A stretch of DNA of 63,392 nucleotides, the filler included, from Conidiobolus incongruus B7586 (taxonomy: Eukaryota): NCBI GenBank assembly GCA_000697335.1. It is 19 parts of 19 records of this genome, joined end to end, with 100 filler letters (N's around TTAATTAATTAA, not from the genome) between each part and the next. Parts side by side here need not be neighbours in the genome. Positions count along the whole stretch, not along the records: positions 1 to 2,409 come from JNEM01004126.1; positions 2,510 to 4,028 come from JNEM01004127.1; positions 4,129 to 6,863 come from JNEM01004128.1; positions 6,964 to 13,633 come from JNEM01004132.1; positions 13,734 to 23,436 come from JNEM01004133.1; 14 more parts are not named here. The stretch is one strand, 5' to 3'. The translations under genes were made by a program, and so were the position numbers. Positions 1 through 14,060 of this stretch are shown in pieces; the stretch's first letter is position 1, and every line of letters begins with the position of its first letter. Below the pieces are notes generated by a model. It was not told where the DNA came from. It saw only the letters and a program-made list of their open reading frames with translations, and did not search any database.

Positions 1-2409
1 TCATTTTATTATTTTAATCATTATTTTAAATTATATCCATTGATTATTAATAACATTTTATAATTCAATATAATCTTAAAAAGGTAACTATATAGAGTTT
101 ATTCAATTTGTATGGACAATATTAATAAAAAAACATAAAAAATTATAAATAAGCTTATATATCGAGATTGGATATATATTCACTTATCTTTACAATTGAT
201 TTTTATATACTTGAATTATTGATTGATAGGATTATATATTAAATTCGGAAAAACCTGAGGATTATAATAATTACCATATATGTAATTACAGATATTTAGG
301 AAATATATATATTATTTCTTTTATGTTATAAAATTTTATATAATAAACAAACAATTTTGAAATTCAACTTAATCAATAAAGAAAAAAAATAATTAAATTA
401 ATCCTGAAGAGAATGAAGTATAATCGGATATTCTAATAACTAAAACCTCTCACTATAGCATCCTTGTTAATCATTGTTCTTTCAAATTTATTTAATTATT
501 ATGACTTATTGATTCAAATTATTCTGAGATAAAAATATATTAGCTAATATTAGTAATGTAGCTATTATTACTCACAAATAATATTAAACCACTAATAAGT
601 ATTACCAAAAATTATTTATCACTAATAGCTGAAACGACTTAGTAAGTGAATACTTAGTCAATTTTAGATTAACTGATAAATTCATTTTAATGCTTTTATT
701 AAAATAATTTTTTATCTTTTTTTTAAAATAAAATGAAATTTCGGAATAATAATTTTAATTAATTATTTTAAAAATTATGAAATAAAAGTATTTTTTTATA
801 TTATCATTTTTATTATATTAATTTTTAATTTTAAATTAAAAAATTTTTTTAACTTAAATTTTGAAGCATTATCAATTAAATTGTGTAATTTAATTGAATC
901 TTTTTTGATTTTTCAGATAGTCATAAATGTTAATTGATGAGATAATGGGAAGCATGCAAAGATCGAAGCATTAGTATTAGGCTCAAGTTAAGTAAAGTAT
1001 TATTTCAAGTGGTCAATTAGTCAATAAGTATATCCATTAATTTATGAATCATCAGCAATCATTTTAACACAGTAAATAATGTTGTATTGTATATCATATC
1101 TTTAATGATTTATTAACTAGAAAATTTCATATTGATTAAATCATAAAAACACAATTCAAATATACTGCAAAAGTCTAAATTTCCACCTTATTTTTAAAAT
1201 CTAAATTTAGAAATTTTCTTCAACATTTGTAGAATAATTGTTATGATCATAAACCGATTTGATGAATTTAGCGAAATTAATTAAAACACATCCAAACAAT
1301 TGATATCAATTCTTTCAAAATGATCATTGGAACCGCAAATCAATTTACTAACTTTGATTTTGATCCATGTTTACTTCATCCTAGTTTGTGGTTCGGTAAT
1401 ATTTAAAATGAAATCTTAACAAAATTGTACATTTTTAATATTTTGTATGTTGATTAATTTATTGTTACTAGTCAAGTTTCTTCACAGTATGAGTTTAATA
1501 GTTATTGTATCATATACTGGATAAAATTTCAATGTACTATACATTAAACAAAATAGTAATAATAGTAATAATAATAACGTAATCACTACACTTGGAGTAA
1601 GAAATAACTAAGTTAATTTTTTATAAGTACAAATTTTAATATAAATACCATATAGTAAATATTCTTGAAATGATCAAACAATCTTCCCAATGCAAGGAAA
1701 TTGTTGCTTCCAATATAACGGTTCTTCAATTTTGTTTAACACCATTAATTTTTTAAATAAAGAAATAATGAATTTTTAACACACTTCTTCAATAGTTATA
1801 CATACCTTAACTGATAGTGTAATTTTACCATTATTGAAAACCGATTGATTTTGGATTGAGATAGAAGTTTTCTATTATTGAAATCAATTAAGAAAAACAC
1901 ATCAGAATTACTACCATTATCACTATCCTTTCAAAAAGTATTATTTCATTTAATTGCCTTACTACACTAATATTGAAGAAAATTTCAAAATGGTAGTTAA
2001 TATTAACATCTTCTTTTGATAAATTAAAATAAAAATTTTTTTGATTATTTAAAATTAATTATTATATTTTAAGTTATTATTTTGTTTTAAAAAATTTCTA
2101 AAATTAAAATTATATCAAAAATTCTTTTTTGGATAAAATTTAATAAAAAATTTAGTTTGCATTAATTAAAATATATTTTTATTTCTGTTTTAACTATGAC
2201 TATTAATGTTTAATAGTGAATTCAAAATTAAATTTTTAGATTATTTTGATTGAACTTTGTTTTTATTTGGAATATAATTAAAATAACAAAATATTATTAA
2301 ATTTGATTTTTTTAATAAATTATTATATTTCAAATAATAGGCATTATTATAATTAAAATAAATTTCAAATAATAAATATAATTTTGATACTTTAATTCAA
2401 AATTCTTAT

Positions 2410-2509
2410 NNNNNNNNNNNNNNNNNNNNNNNNNNNNNNNNNNNNNNNNNNNNTTAATTAATTAANNNNNNNNNNNNNNNNNNNNNNNNNNNNNNNNNNN
2501 NNNNNNNNN
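2410..2509. other. Artificial scaffold linker (44 N + TTAATTAATTAA + 44 N), first of 18
   Basis: Identical 100-nt spacer starting at 2410, 4029, 6864, 13634, 23437, 31793, 34451, 41785, 43025, 44807, 46236, 47618, 48950, 51075, 52348, 53863, 60466 and 62110. The 12-mer puts stop codons in all six frames. True distances across these gaps are unknown. Confidence 0.97.
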
Positions 2510-4028
2510 TATATTTTAATTAATAACTAAAATTATTATATATATTAGATTACTTAAAACTATAATATATAATTAAGGTAAATTATTTAATAATAATAAA
2601 TTAATATATTTAAATAAATTTAGTAAATTATTAGCAAATATATTAACCTTTAATATTTAACTAAAATGAGTTATAAATTTATTGATTTTTAAGATAAAAG
2701 GATATATTTAACAATATATAACCATATCTTTTTTCTCTCTTTGCTATTATTTTATATAATATTTTACAGATATATTGAATTTTTTTATTAGTATTATTAT
2801 ATTTAAATCCCTCTCTAAAAAAATCTATTTATATATTAATAAACTTTATAAAAATAATAAATCAACCTATAATATTACTAGAAGTACTAGTGTTAGCTAA
2901 TTTACTATTGTTAGGATTATTAAGAATAACAATAAAGAAAGATTTAAACTTAAACTTAAATATACTAAGATTATAAATAAATATGATGAAAAGTATATTT
3001 ATAGGTTAATTAATATAAGCAAGTATAGTATTACTATAAAAATATAACAAGAATTATAAAAATATATAAGAATATTAGTTAGCAATAATAATATTATATA
3101 TACTTTATATTAGCATGGATATTGCTTATATTTTAAGAAAAAACACCTTTAACTAAAGAAATCCTATTATTAAGCCAGGTGGGAGTTTAAATATTACTAT
3201 TAATATTAAACTAAAACTAATTAAAATAAGGTTATTTAATTTGATAAAAAAAATATATCTTAGTAAATTTGATAGAAAAGTTAGATATTTCAGAAAATAT
3301 ATAGAATTATTTTACAACCATTATATTAATTTTGCCTAAAATATAATAATAGGGTAATTATTATTTAAGGATATATATTATCTTTAGGTGTAGAGTATTT
3401 TTATAAAGAAAATAGGGGAATTAATACTGAAATATTTTATAATATTCTAAATAATAAATTGAAAAAAATTATTGAATAATATAGGTTAAATAAATTTAAT
3501 GTGATTTTCTAATAAGATAATACCTTTTGCTATATTATAGCTTTTACTACCAAATAGCTTAAATATAATAAGATAACCATTATAAAGTGGTTTTTTTAAT
3601 CTTTTAACCTTAACTTAATTAAATATCTTTATAATTAGTTAAAAAAAGCTATTAATGCTTTCCCCTTAGTAAAAGATTTAAATCAACTTTAGAAACATAT
3701 TCAAGAAGTATAGAATAAGATTAACCCTTTTTAGTATAGGAAGTTAGTTTATTTTATACCCCATAAACTTAAAGAAGTTAGAAAAGCTAAAGATAGATAT
3801 ATTAGGTTTTAATTTTTTTTATCACCAAAAACTTATAAATTTATAACTTACCTTAGATAAAATTTAAAGATTTATATTTTAACCAATTAATAGCTAAATA
3901 TCATCATTTAATAATATATATTATTAATAAATATAGTAGATTTTAATTATTAAATTAAATTATATTTTATTAAATATTAATCAAGTTATTAGTAAAAATA
4001 TAAATGTTTTTGATTTTATAACTCATTT
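2510..4028 (+). mobile_element. Tc1-like (DD34E) DNA transposon, near full length, hypermutated (family A copy 1)
   Basis: Degenerate transposase frame at about 2799-3812. Reversing C>T/G>A changes gives Tc1 motifs: gtt att taa ttt gat = VIWSD(E); ttc taa taa gat aat acc ttt tgc tat = FQQDNAPCH; tgg ttt ttt taa tct ttt aac ctt aac tta att aaa = WPPQSPDLNPIE; aaa gct aaa gat aga tat att agg ttt taa = KAKGGYTRF*. There are exactly 34 codons between the second D and the E. Inverted motif AAATGAGTTATAAA (~2664) / TTTATAACTCATTT (~4015). Confidence 0.88.
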
Positions 4029-4922
4029 NNNNNNNNNNNNNNNNNNNNNNNNNNNNNNNNNNNNNNNNNNNNTTAATTAATTAANNNNNNNNNNNNNNNN
4101 NNNNNNNNNNNNNNNNNNNNNNNNNNNNAGTTACTAATATTATTATATTTAATGGATTAATTAATTTAAATTATATTCTTATCAGAATGAAAAGTTCAAA
4201 TATAATTTCAAATAAGGATTATATTATAGAATTTATAGTTTTTAAAAATATTAAATTGATAGATTATTAGTTATATATATTCATGTTTATATATCAAATA
4301 GAATTTTATATACAAGTTAAATATATTAAATTTATTATAACAATTAAATATAATAATAATTTTTGAATATAAATATTTAATTTAAATTAGATAAATTATA
4401 ATAATTATTTCTTTTAATTATATGTATATTACTTTATTATAAAAATATACTTATTAAAGAGTTGCAAAATTATTTTAATAATATTAAAATAAAGTTTTAA
4501 TATAAATTTTGGAATATAATATTTGAATAACTAATTAAAGATTGAAATTATAAAGTATATTGGGATTTTAATTTATTAATGAATCCTGATTAAAAATATA
4601 TGTTCCTGATTATTACTTTAAAAAATCAAAATAATACATTTGTAAATCTAAAAACATTGTTATACAGTTTTAAAAAAATGTAAAATATGTTTATATTTAT
4701 TCTTAAGTATTAAAGGTATGTTATATTTAAAAATCTAAACGTATCGGGTTAACTATCACATATTTATATTTGTACTCAATCTAATATCTATTTTTTATTG
4801 ATATTATATCTGATAAGAATTTGGCCCATAATTCATTAATTTAATCAATAGTATATATTCATTAAATAATCGGATTGTTGACGTGGTTGTTATATTGAGT
4901 TAAACTATATCAAAGTTCAAAA

Positions 4923-6108
<1,186 letters not shown>

Positions 6109-7704
6109 ATTTTGAACAACCAATTCTTATTATCAAATATAGTATATTCTCAGCAAAACTTATAACCAATACTCATATAGTTATATTTATTTTATGAATT
6201 TACCTAGATATCATTCTGTATCATTCACATTGGTTATCAACGCTTTTACTATTCAAAATTCCATACTTACAATTTATTTACCAATATTTATAATCATTAT
6301 TATTTTAATTAAATTGCAAACAGAGATAGCACAATATAATGATGATGATTGAAAATATTTATTGATCTTTTTTTTAAAAGGCAATTCAATATATATTAAA
6401 ATCATAAAATTATTCTTTAGATAGATTAATATCAAATAAGTTATTCAGTAACGTTCATAATAGTCAAAGCATTCTAATAAAATAATTTTCATTTAACCAA
6501 TAATGAAATTATAAAGTATTATCCCTTATAATATTCTAAATTTCAATCTTTGTTTCACATTTAATCAGTATAAGATATTTTCTAAAAATACATATTTAAT
6601 ATTTTTATTTGACATTTAAATAATAATATAATACATTATTATTATAAACTCAATATATAAAAATATTTAAAAAATTAACTAAATTTATAATATTATTTAA
6701 TAATCTCTTATAATTATTATTTTTATAGCTTTATTATAAAGTTCCATCTATAATTATCAAATTATTCAATATTTAGATATTTTAACATATTTAAACAATG
6801 ATCAATAAATATATTAGTTATAAATAAACTATATATTTAAGTTTATAAATTTATCATATATTTNNNNNNNNNNNNNNNNNNNNNNNNNNNNNNNNNNNNN
6901 NNNNNNNTTAATTAATTAANNNNNNNNNNNNNNNNNNNNNNNNNNNNNNNNNNNNNNNNNNNNTATTAAAATAAATAATATTTTTTTAGATTAATATATA
7001 ATTAATAATAGTTTGATATTTAATATTAATAATATATATATTTATTCTATATTTTCAAATATTATATTTTTAAATCCAACTTATATATTATTAATTTAAT
7101 ATATAACTTAATTTTTTTTTAATAATTTAGACTTTTATATACTTAAATGGATATTATATATATATATATATTTATTTATTTTATTAATAATTTGTAATAT
7201 TCCAAAAAATTCTTAATATAAATATTTAACTATTTTTAGTTAATTTTGATAATTGATTAAATATATCTATAAATTTAAAAATTAATTTTCAATATTAAAT
7301 ATTCTCTTCAAATTTATATTCAATATTATTTTCAAATAATAATAAATTTTAAACTTAAATTTTAATAATTTTAAAAATTATTATATTAGTTCAAAATTAA
7401 TATTTTATGAAAGAATTGAAATAAAAAGATATATAGTGTAATAAGAAAATTATAAATATAAACTTTATAAGATTAATATCTTAATCAATATATTTCAAAA
7501 ATTAATGAGAAATATTCCAAGTGATGAATTAATTTCTAAATCATTCTAGTGAATTCCAAAACTTATTAAAATTTAATAATCCCATATGAAAATTTAAAGT
7601 TTCATTTAGTTTTAAATTCTTAATAAAACAATCCCAAATAATAGTATTATAAATTTAAATTAAATATTATTGAATAATAATTAAAATAATAAAATAATAA
7701 AAAT

Positions 7705-8860
7705 ATGGACGAAGTAAAATTATCACTCGTAAAAAATATTTTAGAATTTTTAAATACTAGCTCCAAAGATGGTACAGTATCTAGTGAAGGTGCCGAAAGT
7801 TTGGAAGTTGCTATCCAATGTATTTCCGACGCTTTTCAATTGAACTTGGAAGATGCCGACTTAAAGAAACAGATTGAATCCAAATCAGGAACCCTTTTGA
7901 AGGTTTTTGGCGTTTTCCATAGTACTCAGAAGAATGCTAGCAAAGCTAAACAGGTATTTTTATTTGTTTATTAATTATGAACTATTATCATAATTGGACA
8001 TTATTTGACTATAGACTGCTCAAAGTTCTCAACCCCAAGCTGAATCTTCTAAGCCTTCCGAAGAAGATAAGAAACAAGCTGAACAATTCAAGACTGAGGG
8101 TAAAATTTATTTTGAAATCTCTGATAATTTGTATTAAACTAGTATTAATAAAGGTAACGCTCAAATGGCCCAAAAGAAATATGCTGAAGCTGTCAATTTA
8201 TACACCCAAGCCATCGAATTGGATGGAAATAATGCTGTATACTATGCCAACCGTGCCGCCGCCAACAGTCAATTAGGAAATCATGAAAGTGCTATTAATG
8301 ACTCCAAAAAGGCTATTGAGATCAATCCCAACTACTCTAAAGCTTACAGTCGTTTAGGTCATGCTTACTTCTCCAATAAGCAATACGAATTAGCTGAAAA
8401 AGCTTATGAAAAGGCCGCCGAATTCGAACCTAATAATGCTAATATTAAATCTGCTTTAGCTACTTGTAGAAGCCACACTGGTAACAGTAGCTCTGTAACT
8501 GCTACTGAGAACTCTACCCCCAGATCCACTGGAAGTGCCCCTGGCGGTGGTTTCCCAGGATTAGGCGGATTGGGAGGTATGGACTTTGCCTCTCTCCTCA
8601 ACAATCCCGCTCTTATGAATATGGCCCAACAGATGATGAGTAATCCCCAAATGGCCCAAATGGCTCAGCAAATGATGAATTCTGGCAATCCTTTAGAAGC
8701 TCTCCAAAACAATCCCGAACTTGCCAACATGGCCCGCAATATGATGCAAGGTGATGGCTCCGGCAACAATCCCTTAGCCGATTTAATGAATAACCCTGAC
8801 ATTCAAAATATGGCTAGACAATTTATGGGTGGAAGAGGGCCTAACTCTGGTTCTAATTAA
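7705..8860 (+). CDS. SGT2: Small glutamine-rich TPR co-chaperone Sgt2/SGTA (346 aa, 3 exons)
   Basis: Exons 7705-7953, 8015-8099 and 8154-8860 (introns 61 and 54 nt) give an open 1041-nt CDS. N-terminal dimerisation motif ESLEVAIQCISDAF, three TPRs (AEQFKTEGN..., YYANRAAA..., YSKAYSRLGHA...) and a Met/Asn/Gln-rich STI1-like C-terminus (LLNNPALMNMAQQMM). Confidence 0.95.
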
Positions 8861-10791
8861 TTTGAAATCCTGATTCAATTCACTTATATATATATAAATA
8901 TACAACATTAATAATGGATCCAATTTTTTTAGTAATTATCTCTATTTTTTTGAAGATTTAAGAATATTTGTATATTACTTCAAATCTTCTCATTACTTAA
9001 TATTCTTATTATATAATTTCATTCAATTAATACACTCATTATTGTCTACATTTGCTTAAATTCAAAGAAATTGTTAGTTATCTCCCAAGTATTAAGATTA
9101 GATGATATTAAATTTAAACGGATATTAAAATATATTATATCTATTAAATAATCCATTTAATATAATTTTACAATTCGTATTTGTATAAACCCAATGACTT
9201 TAATTAATATTTTGGTTTGATTGTAAAATTATCTTTGTAATAGAATTATAAATCGCCACCTGTAATTATTACAAAAAATCATTTGAAAAATTCTAATCAA
9301 TTATAATTCTTTCTTTTAATATCATAAAATTTCATCAATGTCAATTTCAATATTTTGATTTTTTTATATTTTTAATATAAATTTTTTAGGAATCTACCCT
9401 CTAGCCTCCTTTTTATTATTGTTATTAATTGTGTTTCACCTATTTGATTTTTCAAAATAAATATATTCATTATTGTGAATTAAATAATATTAATAAATTC
9501 AATGAGGTAAATTTATAATTACCGCAGATATTATATATACATACTTTCATTGATAGATTGTAAGTTTGAATTTTAATAATATTTTATTTAACAAAAAATT
9601 TTAAATTTGATTACAATTCCAAAAAAGGGAATTAATGAAACTCTCTGATCAAATTATAAACTTAGATAATTGAAATAAATTGAAATGGTTAATTATTTTA
9701 TATAATTATCCATTAATTGATAAATTTATAATTAAGTAGTCCTACTTATAATCTTTTGAAGAATTCTAACCAGAAATTATTTATTATTAATTAATAGAAT
9801 ATATTTAATATTCGCTCTAATTTTATTCAATTTTTATTGAATTTTAAAATTTAAAAAAATGAGGGTTCTAATGAACATGGAACTGTGACTAATTCCCAAG
9901 TAAGAAAAAAAATTACAATGTGAATTCAATTTAAACAAATTAAAATGTATAATAATACCACTAGAAAGTTGGCCAATATTATATTTAATCATATTGAACT
10001 GGCTTTAATAATAAAAAATAATATATAATTATTCTAATAGTCATATAGGTTACTTTTATCTATTAAAACATCAAATTATATATTTATTTTTTTGGAATTG
10101 TTTTTAAATGTTATAATAATTGAATAGTATTTTTATTAAGAAATTACAGATGATATTTGTAATTGACAAGATAAGTTCAGGTTTTTATTTTATGCTTGTA
10201 TAAAGGGATTAAAAAAGTTATATATTGAATATTAATATGTATTGAGTGAAGTTTATCAGAACAAATATATACTAATTCAATATGTAATTACATTATAAAT
10301 TGATCTTAGTTATAATATTCCAAATTGAACTGGTGTTTCAGTTGATTATAAATTAAATCTTTGATTATTATTTCATCATCAAAATATCAAGATAAAAATT
10401 TAACTTTTGTAATTGTGAATGAAATTATGCTTTAATGAATTTGTTATTGGTATATAACACTAGTGATTTTTTCAATTACATTGGTAAACAGATTAAACCG
10501 AATAACTCTACTGATGACTAATCATTTTCAATTAACGTTGAAATGATGAAAATTCATTAGATTAATTTGTTAATTTTTCTGAATATTTTGTTATGATAAT
10601 AATTACTGAAATTCAGGTGATTATGAATTCAAAAAAATATCCAAAATAAAAAATGCGATATCTATTTTTGGATAAATGTTTAAGTATTTATCAAATTAAA
10701 TAGCTGGATTGATTATTAATTTAGATGAATCTAATTGGTTAGATTAATTTGAATTATAAATCTTAAATTTGATTGGATTTTCAAAATTTAG

Positions 10792-10799
10792 TATAAATA
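10792..10799 (+). promoter_or_regulatory. Putative TATA box of the F-box gene
   Basis: TATAAATA ending 57 nt before the ATG at 10857. Weak evidence in AT-rich DNA. Confidence 0.4.
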
Positions 10800-10856
10800 G
10801 GCCTCGAATCTCAATGGTTTACAGTATCAATTTCATTAAACATTACTTTTTTTAGT

Positions 10857-12407
10857 ATGGCAAGGACTAGCAAAGTAAAATCAACTTCAAGGAGATCAAC
10901 TAAAGCCATCTCTAACAATTTCAAAGTTGCTAAAAGATCTAAAAGAATTGACAAGTCTAAGAAGGACGATACTTTTAATGAACCAAGAAAGCTGCCCGAA
11001 GATTGGAATGCAACAGTTGTCTTAGCAACTATATTCAAATCGATGGAATTCAAAGAATTAGTCAGTTTAAACAGAGTCTGCAAGAAGTGGAACCATCTCA
11101 TTAATCCAATTATTTATAAAGGTATTAAACTGTTAAGATATCGCTATGTTCAAAAGGGTTATCACGATCCAAAGCTTAGTGATGGAGAGAAATTGGAATG
11201 CGAAGTCAAAGCTTGCATTGATCAAAATGCTAAATACACTCATTTGGTAAGAGAGTTTAAGTTGTATGCTCATATGTCCCCTCAATTGACTCAAGAGTTC
11301 TTTAGAACCTTTTGTCATATTACAAAATTGACAATTCATAACTTGAGATTAAGTCAAGATCATATTTTAACTGCTTTGAGACCATTGAACCAGTTGGAGC
11401 AACTCATTTTGAATGAAGTAACAGTTCAGCAGATTATTAGAAAACGATTTGAAGTGACGCCAGTGCAGCTACCACCTACTCTAACCAAGCTGATCTTATC
11501 ACAAGTGCGAAATATTGGAGAACCTCAGTTATTCTTTGAAACGATGTGCAGTCATACCAATATAAAAGAATTGGAATTTAAATCATATATGGGGTCAACT
11601 TTATTAGAGCCCTTTTGTAAGCACTATCCAACCTTGAAAGTATTCACTTATGTTGATAGCTTTCCAGATTTTACTGATACAATATTAAAAATAGCTGAAT
11701 CCAACCCTCAATTGGAGGGTTTCCACTTCCATTCAAGGATTATTGACAACCGTATTATTAACTCAATTAATCAACGGTTACCCAATTTAACTGAATTAAC
11801 CTTAAGAAAATATCGAATGTATACCGATGCCAATGCAATGCTAGATACTGCAATTAAAAGACCTACTAAATTGAAGAAATTGATATTGTATCTAACTAAT
11901 TTGACAACTCCTTCTATTGATTCCATATTAACGAAATCACCTGAGCTTGAAGATTTACATATTGCACTTAATGACAATTGGGCTGAATGGACATCGATAA
12001 TTCGAATCAAGTGTAAAAATCTGAAGCACCTAACATATTCTGCACCCTTCGGCACTTATCATTATTCCAATCCAAGTTTCACATTCGACAATTTTTTTTA
12101 CCAAGAATTCTTTCAGAATGAATATTCTTGCAAAGACTCTCTCAAATGTTTAAGCTTCTCCAATTTCAATCTCTTATCTATCCAACTGCAATACTTTGAC
12201 CAGTTTTCCAACTTGTCCTTGATAAGCTTTCGTGAATATTCAAGATATTTAAAGGCTGATGAAATAAAACAAATTAGGGATAACTTTAAGAAGTTTGATG
12301 GGTTTAAATTGAAACAATTGAAAAATCAATGGACTTGCGAAGGTTATTTGGCAAAATGTAATTCTGCTTGTAAACCTATTGACTGGGATTATTTTCATTA
12401 TTGGTGA
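10857..12407 (+). CDS. F-box / leucine-rich-repeat (RNI-like) protein, 516 aa
   Basis: Single long ORF. F-box-like segment WNATVVLATIFKSMEFKELVSLNRVCKKWNHLINPIIY followed by LxxLxL repeats (ITKLTI, LEQLIL, LTKLIL, LTELTL, LKKLIL, LEDLHI, LKHLTY). Basic N-terminal extension. Confidence 0.88.
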   Translation: MARTSKVKSTSRRSTKAISNNFKVAKRSKRIDKSKKDDTFNEPRKLPEDWNATVVLATIFKSMEFKELVSLNRVCKKWNHLINPIIYKGIKLLRYRYVQKGYHDPKLSDGEKLECEVKACIDQNAKYTHLVREFKLYAHMSPQLTQEFFRTFCHITKLTIHNLRLSQDHILTALRPLNQLEQLILNEVTVQQIIRKRFEVTPVQLPPTLTKLILSQVRNIGEPQLFFETMCSHTNIKELEFKSYMGSTLLEPFCKHYPTLKVFTYVDSFPDFTDTILKIAESNPQLEGFHFHSRIIDNRIINSINQRLPNLTELTLRKYRMYTDANAMLDTAIKRPTKLKKLILYLTNLTTPSIDSILTKSPELEDLHIALNDNWAEWTSIIRIKCKNLKHLTYSAPFGTYHYSNPSFTFDNFFYQEFFQNEYSCKDSLKCLSFSNFNLLSIQLQYFDQFSNLSLISFREYSRYLKADEIKQIRDNFKKFDGFKLKQLKNQWTCEGYLAKCNSACKPIDWDYFHYW

Positions 12408-13733
12408 TTTAAAATTGATAATAAAAAACATTATCTATTATTTCATAAGTGAATTTGAAATTTTTCTATAAATATAAGTGATTGTAAAATGGTGCAAATG
12501 TTTTCATCATTCATGACTATTTATTACTTAATTGTTTTATGTTTGATTCGATATGAGATTATTATATTTTCAAACTATATTAATAATTATTATACTGAAT
12601 ATTGTTGCATAAATTATAAATATTTAAAGCATACTTTTTAATTGTTTTATTTTTTTTAATTATTATAGTTTTTGAAGAGTATTTAAAAAATAATTTAAAT
12701 CGTAATATTAATTTTTAAAATCTAAAAAATATATTCATTGGTAAGTTATAATAAATTACCTAATTCTATTTATTACATTTCAAAATTTTATATCAAATAA
12801 ATTATTATCAATTTCAATATAATTTTATTAATTTCAATAATTGTTTGAATTTTAATAAGTGATAAAAATAATGCTTTGCTGATCAAAATTTGGAAAGGGA
12901 TGATTTAAGATATTCATGATTAAGATGGATTGAAAAAGGGTTATATTGACTATGTATAACATTAGAAAAGTCCTAAATCACGTTAATTAAATATAATATT
13001 CTTATAATATAAATCAAATTATATAATTTATATTTAATATTTTTGAATATATAAATAATAAATCAAAGAATAAAATATTAATTTATATTCAAGGTGAATA
13101 AAATCATGGTTTTAAGTTAATATAAAAAATAAGAATTAATGCTTTTACCTTATTTCAATGATATAATATATCAAATGATAAATCAGAATTAATAATTAAA
13201 TAAATTTAAAAGCTATAAATTTTTTCAGTTTATTTTATTTTAAAATACTTAGTCATAAAAAATAATAAAATAAAAAGTTTAAGATATTTAAAATAATCAA
13301 ATATCAATATTATATTAATATCAGATTTTATTATTTAATTTTAAATTTATATGTTTCAAAAAATTTAAAATTTAAAATTATTAATTTCAAAAAACTAAAA
13401 AGAGTTTTAAAAAACATAACTATATATATATATATGTATATATAAATAGTATATAGTATACCCAATATACAGAATTTCAATTATCCAATTATATATTGGT
13501 TTCAATATATAAATAAATCAAATATTGTCTAAAATTTTTTGAAAATCAAATATTTATATTATTTGAATATAATATAAATAATAAAATAATTAATTCTTAT
13601 AATTCAATTTTTATTAATAATAAATAATTTTTANNNNNNNNNNNNNNNNNNNNNNNNNNNNNNNNNNNNNNNNNNNNTTAATTAATTAANNNNNNNNNNN
13701 NNNNNNNNNNNNNNNNNNNNNNNNNNNNNNNNN

Positions 13734-14060
13734 AAAATAAATAAAATTATAATATTAAAAATGGTTTAATTAGAATAATCAAAAACTACCATATTTAATA
13801 TATTTTTTAAATTATAACTTAAATAATTATAATTGTCTTAAATAATTAAGAAACTTATAGGGAAAAAAAATTTATATAAAAAAATTTAATTAGTTTATAA
13901 AGTATTAAATTTCAGTTTTTAATAAAAAAAACTATTTTTAAATATTAGAAGTTTGTTAAAGATATGGTAAAAAGTTATTAATAATAAAGAAAGGGTAATA
14001 GTTTTATATTATATTCCTATTTTTTATATATTATATATTAGAATATTTTATTTAATATTA
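13734..14060 (+). mobile_element. mariner family B, 3' fragment (copy 1), hypermutated
   Basis: Aligns by eye with the 3' part of the other B copies (aaaactaccatatttaatatattttttaaattataacttaaataattataattgtctta, ancestral LPHPxYSPDxNPCDYDC). Starts at a gap. Confidence 0.7.

Noticed and set aside
2454..2465. Recurrent palindrome TTAATTAATTAA, which could look like a repeat array or CRISPR-like element
   Set aside because: Always centred between two 44-N runs; an assembly linker with stops in six frames.
7500..7560. GAA/TTC-rich stretch upstream of SGT2 as a heat-shock element
   Set aside because: Spacing does not fit contiguous nGAAn inverted repeats (GAAataTTC, TTCtagtGAA).
7977..8604. ORFs 7977-8276 (+) and 8404-8604 (-)
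   Set aside because: Off-frame and antisense shadows of SGT2.
10811..12431. Four antisense ORFs over the F-box gene
   Set aside because: Shadows of a long sense ORF, with no recognisable motifs.
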